Source: an uncultured Bacilli bacterium (GTDB taxonomy: Bacteria; Bacillota_I; Bacilli_A; RF39; UBA660). Taken from it: 64,000 nt of DNA. Position 1 is the stretch's first letter. Each line of letters opens with the position of its first letter. The translations under genes and the position numbers were made by a program. A model generated the notes under the pieces. It had not been told where the DNA came from, ran no database searches, and worked only from the letters and a program-made list of their open reading frames with translations. The stretch is taken from assembly GCA_934096645.1 (NCBI GenBank), contig CAKOMK010000002.1:185645-249644 (forward strand), read 5' to 3'. Below are positions 38,398-46,420 of the stretch, in pieces.

Positions 38398-40106
38398 TTT
38401 GACACCTCCCTCTTTTGAGATTCAATAAATTCATTAAATACTTTACTTGTATTAACTACATCAAGATAATTACCGACCATCTCAACCTTACCTGATTCAA
38501 TGACTATTATCTTATCAAAACCAGTTAAATTATTAACTCTTTGAGTAATCAATATTATCATCTTATCTTTATATAATTTATATATAGACTCTCTTATTCT
38601 TTTATCAGTAATATAATCAACTGAAGATAATGAATCATCTAAAAGTAAACATTCTCCTCCACTTAACAATGCTCTAGCAATAGACATTCTTTGTCTTTGC
38701 CCACCACTTAAATTAACTCCAGATTGAAATAACTCATAATCATATCCTTCTTCATTCTTTTCTATGAAATCCATAATCTGAGCATTACTTAATGCTTCAT
38801 CTAAATTATCAGCATTAATTCTTTTATCAAAAGACAAATTTTCTTTAATTGTTCCTTTAAACAATGCATTATTTTGTGGAGTATATGCAAATATATTTCT
38901 TAAAGACTTAATATCATATTCATGAATATCTATTCCATTAATAAATATTTGTCCACTAGTAGGTTCAATATGTCTTAAAAGTAAATTAACTATTGTAGTC
39001 TTACCACATCCACTAGATCCAATGATACCTACTTTTTCACCCTTAACTATTTTAAAACTAATATTCTTTAACATATCATCATGTGCATTTTCATACTTAA
39101 AATAAACATTTTTAAATTCAATACTTTCTAAAGAATTAAGTTTTATTTTTCCTTCATTAACAACAGCTACTTCAACATTTAATACTTCATTTATTCTCTT
39201 AAAAGAAACCATAACTCTAGGTATATTTAATATAATAACAAGTAACATCAAGAAACTAGTTAAAACTGTAGCTAAATATTGAATAAATGCCATCATTGAC
39301 CCAATTTCTAATGTTCCAGCACTCAAATATCTTGTAGATATATATACTATTATTATAGTAGCTACATTAATTATTAATATCATCATAGGTTGTATTAAAT
39401 AAAGTATTTTATTAAGAAAAACATTCATCTTTCTATTATCACTATTTACTTTATCAAATCTCTTTTTAAAATAATCTTTTTTATTAAAAGCTTTAATAAC
39501 TCTAATACCACTAAGTGCTTCACGAGAAGTAGCATTTAATTTATCTAAATATTTTTGTAATATTTCAAACTTAGGTGAAATACAAGCAAATATAACTACA
39601 ACAAGAAGCATTAAAACACTAACAGATACAATTACTATAGGTGCTAAAGTTGGTGCTTTAGAATATGCCATAATAGCTGCACCTATTCCCATAATAGGAG
39701 CAAATATTATAAGTCTTAATCCAAAAGAAAAAGTAGAAGTTATATTACTAACATTATTAGTACTTCGAGTTATAAGTGTAGATGCACCAAACTCATCAAT
39801 CTCTTTCTTACTAAATCCACTTATCTTTTTATATAAAGCTTCTCTTATATTATATCCATATTGATTAGAAAACTTAGATGTAGAATATATAACTAAAATA
39901 TTAGATATTAAACATATAACAGTTATAACTAACATCTTCATAACTAAACTACTAATATATACTGTATCATTATTAGCAATACCAATATCAACTATATTAC
40001 TCATAACATTTGGAAGTTCAAGTTCACAATATACTTGAATAACACAAAATATTGCCATAAGAACAATATATTTAATTAACCCCTTCATTAATCTTATTAC
40101 TTTCAT
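38394..40106 (-). CDS. ABC exporter permease/ATPase half-transporter (degenerate Walker B, consensus signature)
   Basis: 6-TM domain; Walker A GSSGCGKTT, signature LSGGQRQR, Walker B LLLDDSLS (Asp in place of the catalytic Glu). Overlaps its partner by 4 nt. Confidence 0.85.
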   Translation of the reverse strand: MKVIRLMKGLIKYIVLMAIFCVIQVYCELELPNVMSNIVDIGIANNDTVYISSLVMKMLVITVICLISNILVIYSTSKFSNQYGYNIREALYKKISGFSKKEIDEFGASTLITRSTNNVSNITSTFSFGLRLIIFAPIMGIGAAIMAYSKAPTLAPIVIVSVSVLMLLVVVIFACISPKFEILQKYLDKLNATSREALSGIRVIKAFNKKDYFKKRFDKVNSDNRKMNVFLNKILYLIQPMMILIINVATIIIVYISTRYLSAGTLEIGSMMAFIQYLATVLTSFLMLLVIILNIPRVMVSFKRINEVLNVEVAVVNEGKIKLNSLESIEFKNVYFKYENAHDDMLKNISFKIVKGEKVGIIGSSGCGKTTIVNLLLRHIEPTSGQIFINGIDIHEYDIKSLRNIFAYTPQNNALFKGTIKENLSFDKRINADNLDEALSNAQIMDFIEKNEEGYDYELFQSGVNLSGGQRQRMSIARALLSGGECLLLDDSLSSVDYITDKRIRESIYKLYKDKMIILITQRVNNLTGFDKIIVIESGKVEMVGNYLDVVNTSKVFNEFIESQKREVSK

Positions 40107-40112
40107 ATTTCC

Positions 40113-41195
40113 TCACATTATCATATTAATTATTTCATTCATAACATATATCTTACTTGGATTAATAAATAAATAATCATCTTTAATAATTAAATATTTC
40201 TTTTTAATAGCCTCATCTAATTTAAAAGCTTCATTTATCTTTCTATCATATTTTTTTTCAAATTCACTAATAGATACACCTTTTAACTTTCTAAGACCAA
40301 GAATAAGTTCATTCTCCATCTCTTCTTGATTAGAAACAAGTAATTCATTAAATCTATATTCTTTATTTAAATATTTATTGAAACTTCTAGTATTCTCATA
40401 TCTCATACCATTCACATATCCAGTAGCTCCAAGTCCAAAACCATAATATTCTTGATTATTCCAATATGTCAAATTATGTTTACTCATTTTACCATTTCTA
40501 GCAAAATTACTTACTTCATAATGTTCATATCCTTTTTTCCTTAACTTCTTACATATATATTTATACATCTTAAAATCAAGATTCTCATCTATAGGTTTAA
40601 TTCCTTTATTATATAACGCAGTATGCTCTTCTATAATTAATGAATAAGTACTAACATGATCAACATTAAGTTTTAAAATATTACTTATATCACTTTTTAA
40701 AACAAACATACTCTCTATTGGAAGAGCATATATTATATCCACATTAATATTATCAAAACCATATGATTTAGCTAATTTTATTTTATCAAATATATCTTTC
40801 TTATTATGTTTTCTATTTAAGAATTTTAAATTATTTTTATTAAAACTCTCTACTCCAATACTAATTCTATTAACTCCATGACTCTTTAATATATATAAAA
40901 GTTCTTCATCGATATCATTAATATTACATTCAAAAGTAAATTCATAATCATCACTTAATTTAAAAAGTCTTAAAACATTAAATAATTTTCTTAAAAGATC
41001 ACTATTCAAACTAGAAGGTGTTCCTCCTCCAACATATAGCGTTTTAATAGTTTCACCTTCATAATATTCTAATATTTCACTTCTTAAAGTCTCAATATAT
41101 TTTTCTGCCCAAGGATTACTATATAAAAACTTACAAAAGTCACAATAAGAACATATACTATTACAAAATGGAATATGAACATAAACACTTCTCAT
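40113..41195 (-). CDS. hemW: Radical SAM HemW-like protein (oxygen-independent coproporphyrinogen oxidase family)
   Basis: VYVHIPFCNSICSYCDFC CX3CX2C motif, GGGTPS, and a HemN_C-like tail. Confidence 0.8.
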   Translation of the reverse strand: MRSVYVHIPFCNSICSYCDFCKFLYSNPWAEKYIETLRSEILEYYEGETIKTLYVGGGTPSSLNSDLLRKLFNVLRLFKLSDDYEFTFECNINDIDEELLYILKSHGVNRISIGVESFNKNNLKFLNRKHNKKDIFDKIKLAKSYGFDNINVDIIYALPIESMFVLKSDISNILKLNVDHVSTYSLIIEEHTALYNKGIKPIDENLDFKMYKYICKKLRKKGYEHYEVSNFARNGKMSKHNLTYWNNQEYYGFGLGATGYVNGMRYENTRSFNKYLNKEYRFNELLVSNQEEMENELILGLRKLKGVSISEFEKKYDRKINEAFKLDEAIKKKYLIIKDDYLFINPSKIYVMNEIINMIM

Positions 41196-41242
41196 ATAAT
41201 TACCTCATTATAATTATATCATCTTATATATTTTTTTCAATG

Positions 41243-41269
41243 AAAAAAGGTTTCTCAAAAAACCTTTTT
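41243..41269 (-). terminator. Intrinsic terminator after sigma paralogue 1
   Basis: Minus strand: AAAAGGTTT-TTTGAG-AAACCTTTTTT. Confidence 0.7.
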
Positions 41270-42467
41270 AATATCTAAATGAACTAACATTTTCATCATG
41301 TCTTAACTTCCCTAAAGCTCTAATTTCAATTTGTCTTACTCTTTCACGAGTAACGCCTATTTCTTTTCCAATATCTTCAAGAGTCATTTCATGATCATTA
41401 AAGAATCCAGCTCTTGCCTTAACAACATATAATTCTCTTTCTTTTAAATTAGAAGCATTATTAACAGCAATCATAAATTTATCTAAGTAATCTCTTAACA
41501 TAACATCTTCATATTGACTCTCTTCATCAACTAAAACTTCATGTAAGCTTAAATGATTTTCATTATCATTCATACCATCTTTATTATTATAATTTTCAGT
41601 ATTAACTGGAGTTTCTAAAGAAATAGCATCATTCATTACACATAAACAAAGCCTAATTCTCTCTTCACTCACACCAGTTAACTCAGCTAATTCACTAGGA
41701 GTTATATCAGAAGAATGTGTTTTTTTCCATACACTTGTCGTTTTTTTTATCTTAATCATAACATCATTTAAATAATATGGAATTCTAATAATTCTAGATT
41801 TATCAGCAATAAATTTTAAAATATATTGTCTAATCAATATTGAAGCATATGTACTAAATTTATAACCCTTATTTATATCGAATTTTTCAATTGCTTCCAT
41901 TAATCCCATGTTACCTTCTTGAATAAGATCTTCCAAAGGTAAACCCCAACCAATATATCTTTTAGCAACACTTACAACTAAACGTAAATTATAAAAAAGA
42001 ATATCTTTTTTAGCTTGCTCTTCACCATTTGTTATTCTAGTAAATAATTCATATTCTTTTTCAGGAGTTAAAATTTCACCAGGTAACTCACTCAAATATA
42101 TTTTAATTATATCTAAATCAGGAGAACTTTTAAAAAATATATCAGAGTCTCTTCTATCACTATTAGAATTAATATCTAAATCATTATCCTTCTCATTTTC
42201 ATCAATATTAACTAGCATCAAACATCTAATATTTCTATTATTACATATTCTTTTAGTCTTTTCACTAGACATTAAAGTATCAACCATAGTTCTTAATTTA
42301 TCATTTGAAAAATATAAATTGACAGCATTATCTTCATCTATTACAATACCATTTTTAACCAATAATTTAACAAGACCTTTAAAGTTAGATAATTGAACAG
42401 ACAATTCACCTTCTTGAAAATTATTATCAACATAATTTATAACTAAATCAAAAACTTTTTCTTTCAT
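41268..42467 (-). CDS. Sigma-70 family factor, divergent paralogue (399 aa)
   Basis: Regions 2-4 are recognisable (LIQEGNMGLMEAIEKFD, GYKFSTYASILIRQ, RIIRIPYY, GVTRERVRQIE). Start set to MKEKVFDL (ATG 42467), which follows a GGGG SD. Confidence 0.8.
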   Translation of the reverse strand: MKEKVFDLVINYVDNNFQEGELSVQLSNFKGLVKLLVKNGIVIDEDNAVNLYFSNDKLRTMVDTLMSSEKTKRICNNRNIRCLMLVNIDENEKDNDLDINSNSDRRDSDIFFKSSPDLDIIKIYLSELPGEILTPEKEYELFTRITNGEEQAKKDILFYNLRLVVSVAKRYIGWGLPLEDLIQEGNMGLMEAIEKFDINKGYKFSTYASILIRQYILKFIADKSRIIRIPYYLNDVMIKIKKTTSVWKKTHSSDITPSELAELTGVSEERIRLCLCVMNDAISLETPVNTENYNNKDGMNDNENHLSLHEVLVDEESQYEDVMLRDYLDKFMIAVNNASNLKERELYVVKARAGFFNDHEMTLEDIGKEIGVTRERVRQIEIRALGKLRHDENVSSFRY

Positions 42468-42471
42468 AATA

Positions 42472-42492
42472 TTTGAAAACCCCTTTTTCAAA
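42472..42492 (-). promoter_or_regulatory. Leader hairpin presenting the SD in its loop (sigma paralogue 1)
   Basis: Minus strand: TTTGAAAA-AGGGG-TTTTCAAA, an 8-bp perfect stem that ends 4 nt before the ATG. Confidence 0.5.
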
Positions 42493-42500
42493 GTGAATAT

Positions 42501-42528
42501 ATTATACCACAAATCATAAAAAAATCAA
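42501..42528 (-). promoter_or_regulatory. Promoter of the sigma paralogue at 41268..42467
   Basis: Minus strand: TTGATT, 16-nt spacer, TGGTATAAT (extended -10). Confidence 0.6.
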
Positions 42529-42546
42529 TGTAAGAAAATTATTCCA

Positions 42547-42573
42547 AAGAAAAAAGGGTTTCAAAACCCTTTT
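42547..42573 (-). terminator. Intrinsic terminator after sigma paralogue 2, separating the two sigma genes
   Basis: Minus strand: AAGGGTT-TTGA-AACCCTT followed by TTTTTC. Confidence 0.7.
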
Positions 42574-44038
42574 ATTTATTATGTTTTAATGTTCTTTGAG
42601 AAGCAAAATACTCTTGTAATTGTTGATTATATTTATCACAATTCTTTAACCATGGATAAGCTGGAGTTTCTTCTACTGGCTTAACTTCTGGTTTTCTTCC
42701 ATTAACTGAAAATGTATCAGGATATGTAAAATAGCTTTTTGTATCCGGAGTTTCTTTCTTTACAAGAACAAAATCTCCATTAGAATTTAATACATATTGT
42801 TGACGAGGTTCATCATAGCTATGACTAGCTGGATTAAATGTTCTAACCTTTTTATCAGCTCTTAATTTTCTTATAGCTTTAGCTTCAATTTGTCTTACTC
42901 TTTCACGAGTAACACCCATTTCTTTTCCAACTTCTTCAAGAGTCATTTCACGACCATTCCAAAGTCCCATTCTAGCTTTAATAACAAATAATTCTCTTTG
43001 AGTTAATTTAGGAGCATTTTCAACAGCTTTCATAAATTCATTTAAATAATCTTTAGAAATATAATCATCAAATTGTTCTTTATCATCAGCAATAAAGTCA
43101 CCTAAGAAAGAATCTTCTTCTTCGGCATTAATGGGTGTTTCTAAAGAAACAATATTATCCATTTTACTTAAACAAAATCTAACTTGTTCTTCTTTCAAAC
43201 CAGTCATTTCAGCTAAATCAGTAGGTGTAGCTTCATAAGGATGATTTTTCATCCATTCACCATTTGCTCTTCTGATTTTTAACATACTTTCATGTAAATG
43301 AACAGGAATTCTAATAGTTCTAGATTGATCAGCTATAGATCTTGTAATAGATTGTCTAATCCATGATGTAGCATAAGTACTAAATTTATATCCTTTTGTT
43401 ACATCAAACTTTTCAATGGCTTTCATTAATCCTAAATTACCTTCTTGAACTATATCTTCTAAAGATAATCCACGACCTGTATACTTTCTAGCAACACTTA
43501 CAACTAAACGTAAATTATAGTAAGCAGCATCTTGTCTAGCTTGTTCATCACCTTTAGCTACTCTAGTAAATAACTCACACTCTTGTTCTGGAGTTAAAAC
43601 TACTGGAGGTAACTCACTTAAATATAAATTAAATAGATCTATATCATGAGAACCTTTATGAGCATGTTTACCAACAGAATATCCAGTAGGACTATATCTA
43701 TTTTCTTCTTGAACTTCTAAATTATCCTCAGACTCTATTTTTTCTTCCTCATCATCTTCTTTATCAAGATCATCAGCATTAATTTGCATTAAGCATTTAA
43801 CATTATCATTGTTACATACTCTCTTAGTTTTCTTACTAGACATTAATGCATCAACCATATTTTTTAATTTATCATTAGAATAATATAAATCAAAAGCATT
43901 ATCAATATCTATAGTAAGCTTTTTATCACCTAATAGTTTAACAAGTCCTCTATAGTTAGATAGTTGAACTGCTAAACCACCTTCTTGAAAATTACTATTG
44001 GCATAATTTGTAACCAAATCAAAAACTTTTTCTTTCAT
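42572..44038 (-). CDS. Sigma-70 family factor, SigA-like (488 aa) with extra N- and C-terminal regions
   Basis: IVQEGNLGLMKAIEKFD, GYKFSTYATSWIRQSITRSIADQSRTIRIPVH and GVTRERVRQIEAKAIRKLR. Start set to MKEKVFDL (ATG 44038) after a GGGGG SD. Confidence 0.85.
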   Translation of the reverse strand: MKEKVFDLVTNYANSNFQEGGLAVQLSNYRGLVKLLGDKKLTIDIDNAFDLYYSNDKLKNMVDALMSSKKTKRVCNNDNVKCLMQINADDLDKEDDEEEKIESEDNLEVQEENRYSPTGYSVGKHAHKGSHDIDLFNLYLSELPPVVLTPEQECELFTRVAKGDEQARQDAAYYNLRLVVSVARKYTGRGLSLEDIVQEGNLGLMKAIEKFDVTKGYKFSTYATSWIRQSITRSIADQSRTIRIPVHLHESMLKIRRANGEWMKNHPYEATPTDLAEMTGLKEEQVRFCLSKMDNIVSLETPINAEEEDSFLGDFIADDKEQFDDYISKDYLNEFMKAVENAPKLTQRELFVIKARMGLWNGREMTLEEVGKEMGVTRERVRQIEAKAIRKLRADKKVRTFNPASHSYDEPRQQYVLNSNGDFVLVKKETPDTKSYFTYPDTFSVNGRKPEVKPVEETPAYPWLKNCDKYNQQLQEYFASQRTLKHNK

Positions 44039-44042
44039 AATA

Positions 44043-44063
44043 TTTGAAAACCCCCTTTTCAAA
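44043..44063 (-). promoter_or_regulatory. Leader hairpin presenting the SD in its loop (sigma paralogue 2)
   Basis: Minus strand: TTTGAAAA-GGGGG-TTTTCAAA, the same stem as the copy at 42472..42492. Confidence 0.5.
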
Positions 44064-44071
44064 GTGATTAG

Positions 44072-44100
44072 ATTATAACACACTTTGCTAAAAAAGTCAA
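44072..44100 (-). promoter_or_regulatory. Promoter of the sigma paralogue at 42572..44038
   Basis: Minus strand: TTGACT, 17-nt spacer, TATAAT with an upstream TGT (extended -10). Confidence 0.7.
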
Positions 44101-44106
44101 CACAAT

Positions 44107-44128
44107 AAAAAAAGGCATAAGCCTTTTT
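44107..44128 (-). terminator. Short hairpin/T-run after tRNA-Arg
   Basis: Minus strand: AAAGGC-TTAT-GCCTTTTTTT; the stem is weak. Confidence 0.45.
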
Positions 44129-44139
44129 ATAATTCAAAG

Positions 44140-44216
44140 TGGTGTCCTCGAGGCGATTCGAACGCCTGACCGTACGCTTAGAAGGCGTATGCTCTATCCA
44201 ACTGAGCTACGAGGAC
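44140..44216 (-). tRNA. tRNA-Arg (anticodon UCU), CCA encoded
   Basis: GTCCTCG/CGAGGAC acceptor stem, TACGC-CTTCTAA-GCGTA anticodon arm, AGGCG-TTCGAAT-CGCCT T arm; 77 nt. Confidence 0.9.
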
Positions 44217-44235
44217 GTCTTGAAATTACTAATCA

Positions 44236-44264
44236 AGTATACAACATAATTTTGTAATTTTCAA
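44236..44264 (-). promoter_or_regulatory. tRNA-Arg promoter
   Basis: Minus strand: TTGAAA (44259-44264), 17-nt spacer, TATACT (44236-44241). Confidence 0.5.
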
Positions 44265-44273
44265 GACATTTTT

Positions 44274-45233
44274 TCATTTTTTTAAAATATCAGCAATATT
44301 TTCTTCACTTTCAGTATTAAAAACGACTTCATTTACATTATAATTCTCAAAAACCGAACTAGCAATTATATATTTCACCTCTTCAAGTACATTCTTACTA
44401 TCAAAATCATTAAATATATAATTGTTAAATACAAGTGACATTTTAGACTCATCATGAGTATAATTAACTAACTCTAAATTATCACTAATATAACTCTTAA
44501 AATTATTTTGAGAATTAACAGAACTCTTAAGTTCCTCAATAATAATGTCAATCTTCTCAGATTCACTATTCATTACTTTAGTAACTGGTACATAATAGGA
44601 AATATCATCGTATTTCTTACTAAAATACACAGTAGTTTTATTAATATTATTAAAATTATTTAAATTATACTCTTTATTAATACCAATATTTCTAGTAAGA
44701 GGATAATTTAATTCTTTTTTAGAATTTGGTAAATATTTTAACTCTTCACCTTCTACACTAATATAGATATTATTTATTCCATTAATTTCGGTTAATGTAA
44801 ATACTATTCCTTCAATCATTTCTTCTTCAAAATAAGCATTAATATTGAGTAGATCTTTGCTGAAATCTAAATAAACACTATCTTTATCAACCTTTACATC
44901 TTTTAAAACAGTACCTTTAGGTATAATAGTATAAAATCCATCTAAATCATAATTAGTTATTAAATCAATTTTTTTCTTTATATCTTCAACAATACTTAAT
45001 TTATCATAATAGCAAATAACTCTAGATACATAATTGTCATTATCAATCAAATAAACAACATTCTCATAATTAGATTTATTTTCTTTTATAACTTCAGGTT
45101 TTATATTCTCAGTAGTTGGAAAAAAATAAAATATCATAAATAAAACTAAACATAATGTAGCAATAACAAATTTATTAATGGCATATTTCTTTATCATAGT
45201 AAATTTTATGTTACTGAAATTAAAAAATGACAA
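44274..45233 (-). CDS. gerM: GerM-like protein with two GerMN domains
   Basis: TM/signal anchor, then two repeats of the GerMN pattern (IPKGTVLKDVKVDKDSVYLDFSKDL...IVFTLTEINGINNIYISVEGE, and a second copy). Confidence 0.55.
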   Translation of the reverse strand: MSFFNFSNIKFTMIKKYAINKFVIATLCLVLFMIFYFFPTTENIKPEVIKENKSNYENVVYLIDNDNYVSRVICYYDKLSIVEDIKKKIDLITNYDLDGFYTIIPKGTVLKDVKVDKDSVYLDFSKDLLNINAYFEEEMIEGIVFTLTEINGINNIYISVEGEELKYLPNSKKELNYPLTRNIGINKEYNLNNFNNINKTTVYFSKKYDDISYYVPVTKVMNSESEKIDIIIEELKSSVNSQNNFKSYISDNLELVNYTHDESKMSLVFNNYIFNDFDSKNVLEEVKYIIASSVFENYNVNEVVFNTESEENIADILKK

Positions 45234-45243
45234 TTAAGTCATT

Positions 45244-45456
45244 TTATATAGAAATTTCTCCTAATTTTATAAGTTCTATAACAGCTCCTGCTCTTCCCTT
45301 ACAACCAAGCTTCTGCATTGCATTAGATATATGATTTCTTACAGTCTTTTCACTAATACCAAGTTCATCTGCTATTTCTTTAGTACTTCTATTCTGTATT
45401 AATAAAACAAACACATCTTTTTCTCTTTTAGTTAAAATATTACCTGTCATATTCAC
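45244..45456 (-). CDS. gerE: Stand-alone LuxR/GerE-type HTH regulator (70 aa)
   Basis: LTKREKDVFVLLIQNRSTKEIADELGISEKTVRNHISNAMQKLGCKGRAGAVIELIKLGE is closely similar to B. subtilis GerE as I recall it. Confidence 0.65.
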   Translation of the reverse strand: MNMTGNILTKREKDVFVLLIQNRSTKEIADELGISEKTVRNHISNAMQKLGCKGRAGAVIELIKLGEISI

Positions 45457-45510
45457 CTCTATCTCCTAAAGTAATCTATGAAATAAAGAAACAAAGGTTA
45501 CTAGATACGC

Positions 45511-46005
45511 CTAGTTACTCTCAAATTTAACAGTTATATTCTTTTTAGTTTCAAATTCAGCTTGAACACTTCTCATAATATCATTAGCTAATGTATTACT
45601 ATGATCTTTAGAAGATATTGTTATATATATATTATCATTATTAATCTCAACATAAGAATTAACATTATAATCTTTTAATATTTTTTCTTCTAAATAATTT
45701 TCCTTTCCTTTAGCTAAATTTAATACTTGAAGTTCACTAAAAGCAGAACTTTTTTCTTCTGAAGTAGATGATGGTGAAACTATTTTTTCTTGTAATTTAC
45801 TCATTAAATCAGCAACTTTCTCATCTCTTTCAACTCTTAAAGCAACAAGTTTATTATTTTCACTAACATTAATATCAATATTTTTATTTACTTTATCTGT
45901 ATTATACTTATCACTAAATATTTCACTAGGTAAAGTTATATAATAAACACCTAATATCAGTATTAATGAAAACAATGTCAAAAACCATAAATTTTTTTTA
46001 TTCAT
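45511..46005 (-). CDS. SpoIIIAH-like protein
   Basis: N-terminal TM helix; the C-terminal ...EEKSSAFSELQVL...IYITISSKDHSNTLANDIMRSV...ITVKFE parallels the SpoIIIAH C-terminal domain. Confidence 0.45.
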   Translation of the reverse strand: MNKKNLWFLTLFSLILILGVYYITLPSEIFSDKYNTDKVNKNIDINVSENNKLVALRVERDEKVADLMSKLQEKIVSPSSTSEEKSSAFSELQVLNLAKGKENYLEEKILKDYNVNSYVEINNDNIYITISSKDHSNTLANDIMRSVQAEFETKKNITVKFESN

Positions 46006-46038
46006 TTTTTCACCTCATTAAATTATATTAAATGCAAT

Positions 46039-46062
46039 AAAAAAAAGAACCTAAGTTCTTTT
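46039..46062 (-). terminator. Intrinsic terminator after the receiver-domain frame
   Basis: AAAAGAAC-CTAA-GTTCTTTT with a long T-run on the minus strand; overlaps the stop at 46051. Confidence 0.7.
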
Positions 46063-46419
46063 AATTGATTTTTCAATAACTCTACCAATATCTTTTTCAT
46101 TAAATGGTTTGCAAAGCATTTCTACAATTGGATAAGGTTTCAATATTTCTAATGGAAAATTAGCTCCACTTATTACAGATACAGGAAATCTATCAAATAT
46201 ATTGTTTTTATCAAAATACTCTAATACTTCAAAACCATTCACATTTGGCATATTTAAATCAAGTAAACAACATATTATGTTATTAGAAATATCACTATTA
46301 ACAATTTCTATAGCTTTGGCACCATCATTAGCAATTACTACATCATATTTATCATCAAATAATTTTTGTATAAAAGTAGATACTAAATTAGAATCATCTG
46401 CTACTAATATAGTGCCACG
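46051..46419 (-). CDS. Complete CheY-like receiver domain with no start codon of its own, in the +1 frame relative to the Hpt gene
   Basis: My translation: RGTILVADDSNLV...IICCLLDLNMPNVNGFEVL...VSVISGA...LCKPF...KRT*. The acidic pair, phospho-Asp, Ser and Lys-Pro are all present. There is no in-frame ATG/GTG/TTG before 46251. Confidence 0.6.
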   Translation of the reverse strand, partial: RGTILVADDSNLVSTFIQKLFDDKYDVVIANDGAKAIEIVNSDISNNIICCLLDLNMPNVNGFEVLEYFDKNNIFDRFPVSVISGANFPLEILKPYPIVEMLCKPFNEKDIGRVIEKSIKRT

Positions 46420-46420
46420 A

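Noticed and set aside
44217-44269. Imperfect inverted repeat GTCTTGAAATT...AATTTTCAAGAC bracketing the tRNA-Arg promoter
   Set aside because: The arms are AT-rich and imperfect. One arm contains the putative -35 box, and chance symmetry or a weak gerM terminator cannot be distinguished. There is not enough support to call a regulatory element.
46051-46251. 66-aa ORF (MPNVNGFEV...) as an independent gene
   Set aside because: Its ATG lies immediately after the phospho-acceptor Asp of a receiver domain that continues upstream in the same frame to 46419. It is therefore a fragment of the larger frame and has no SD of its own.
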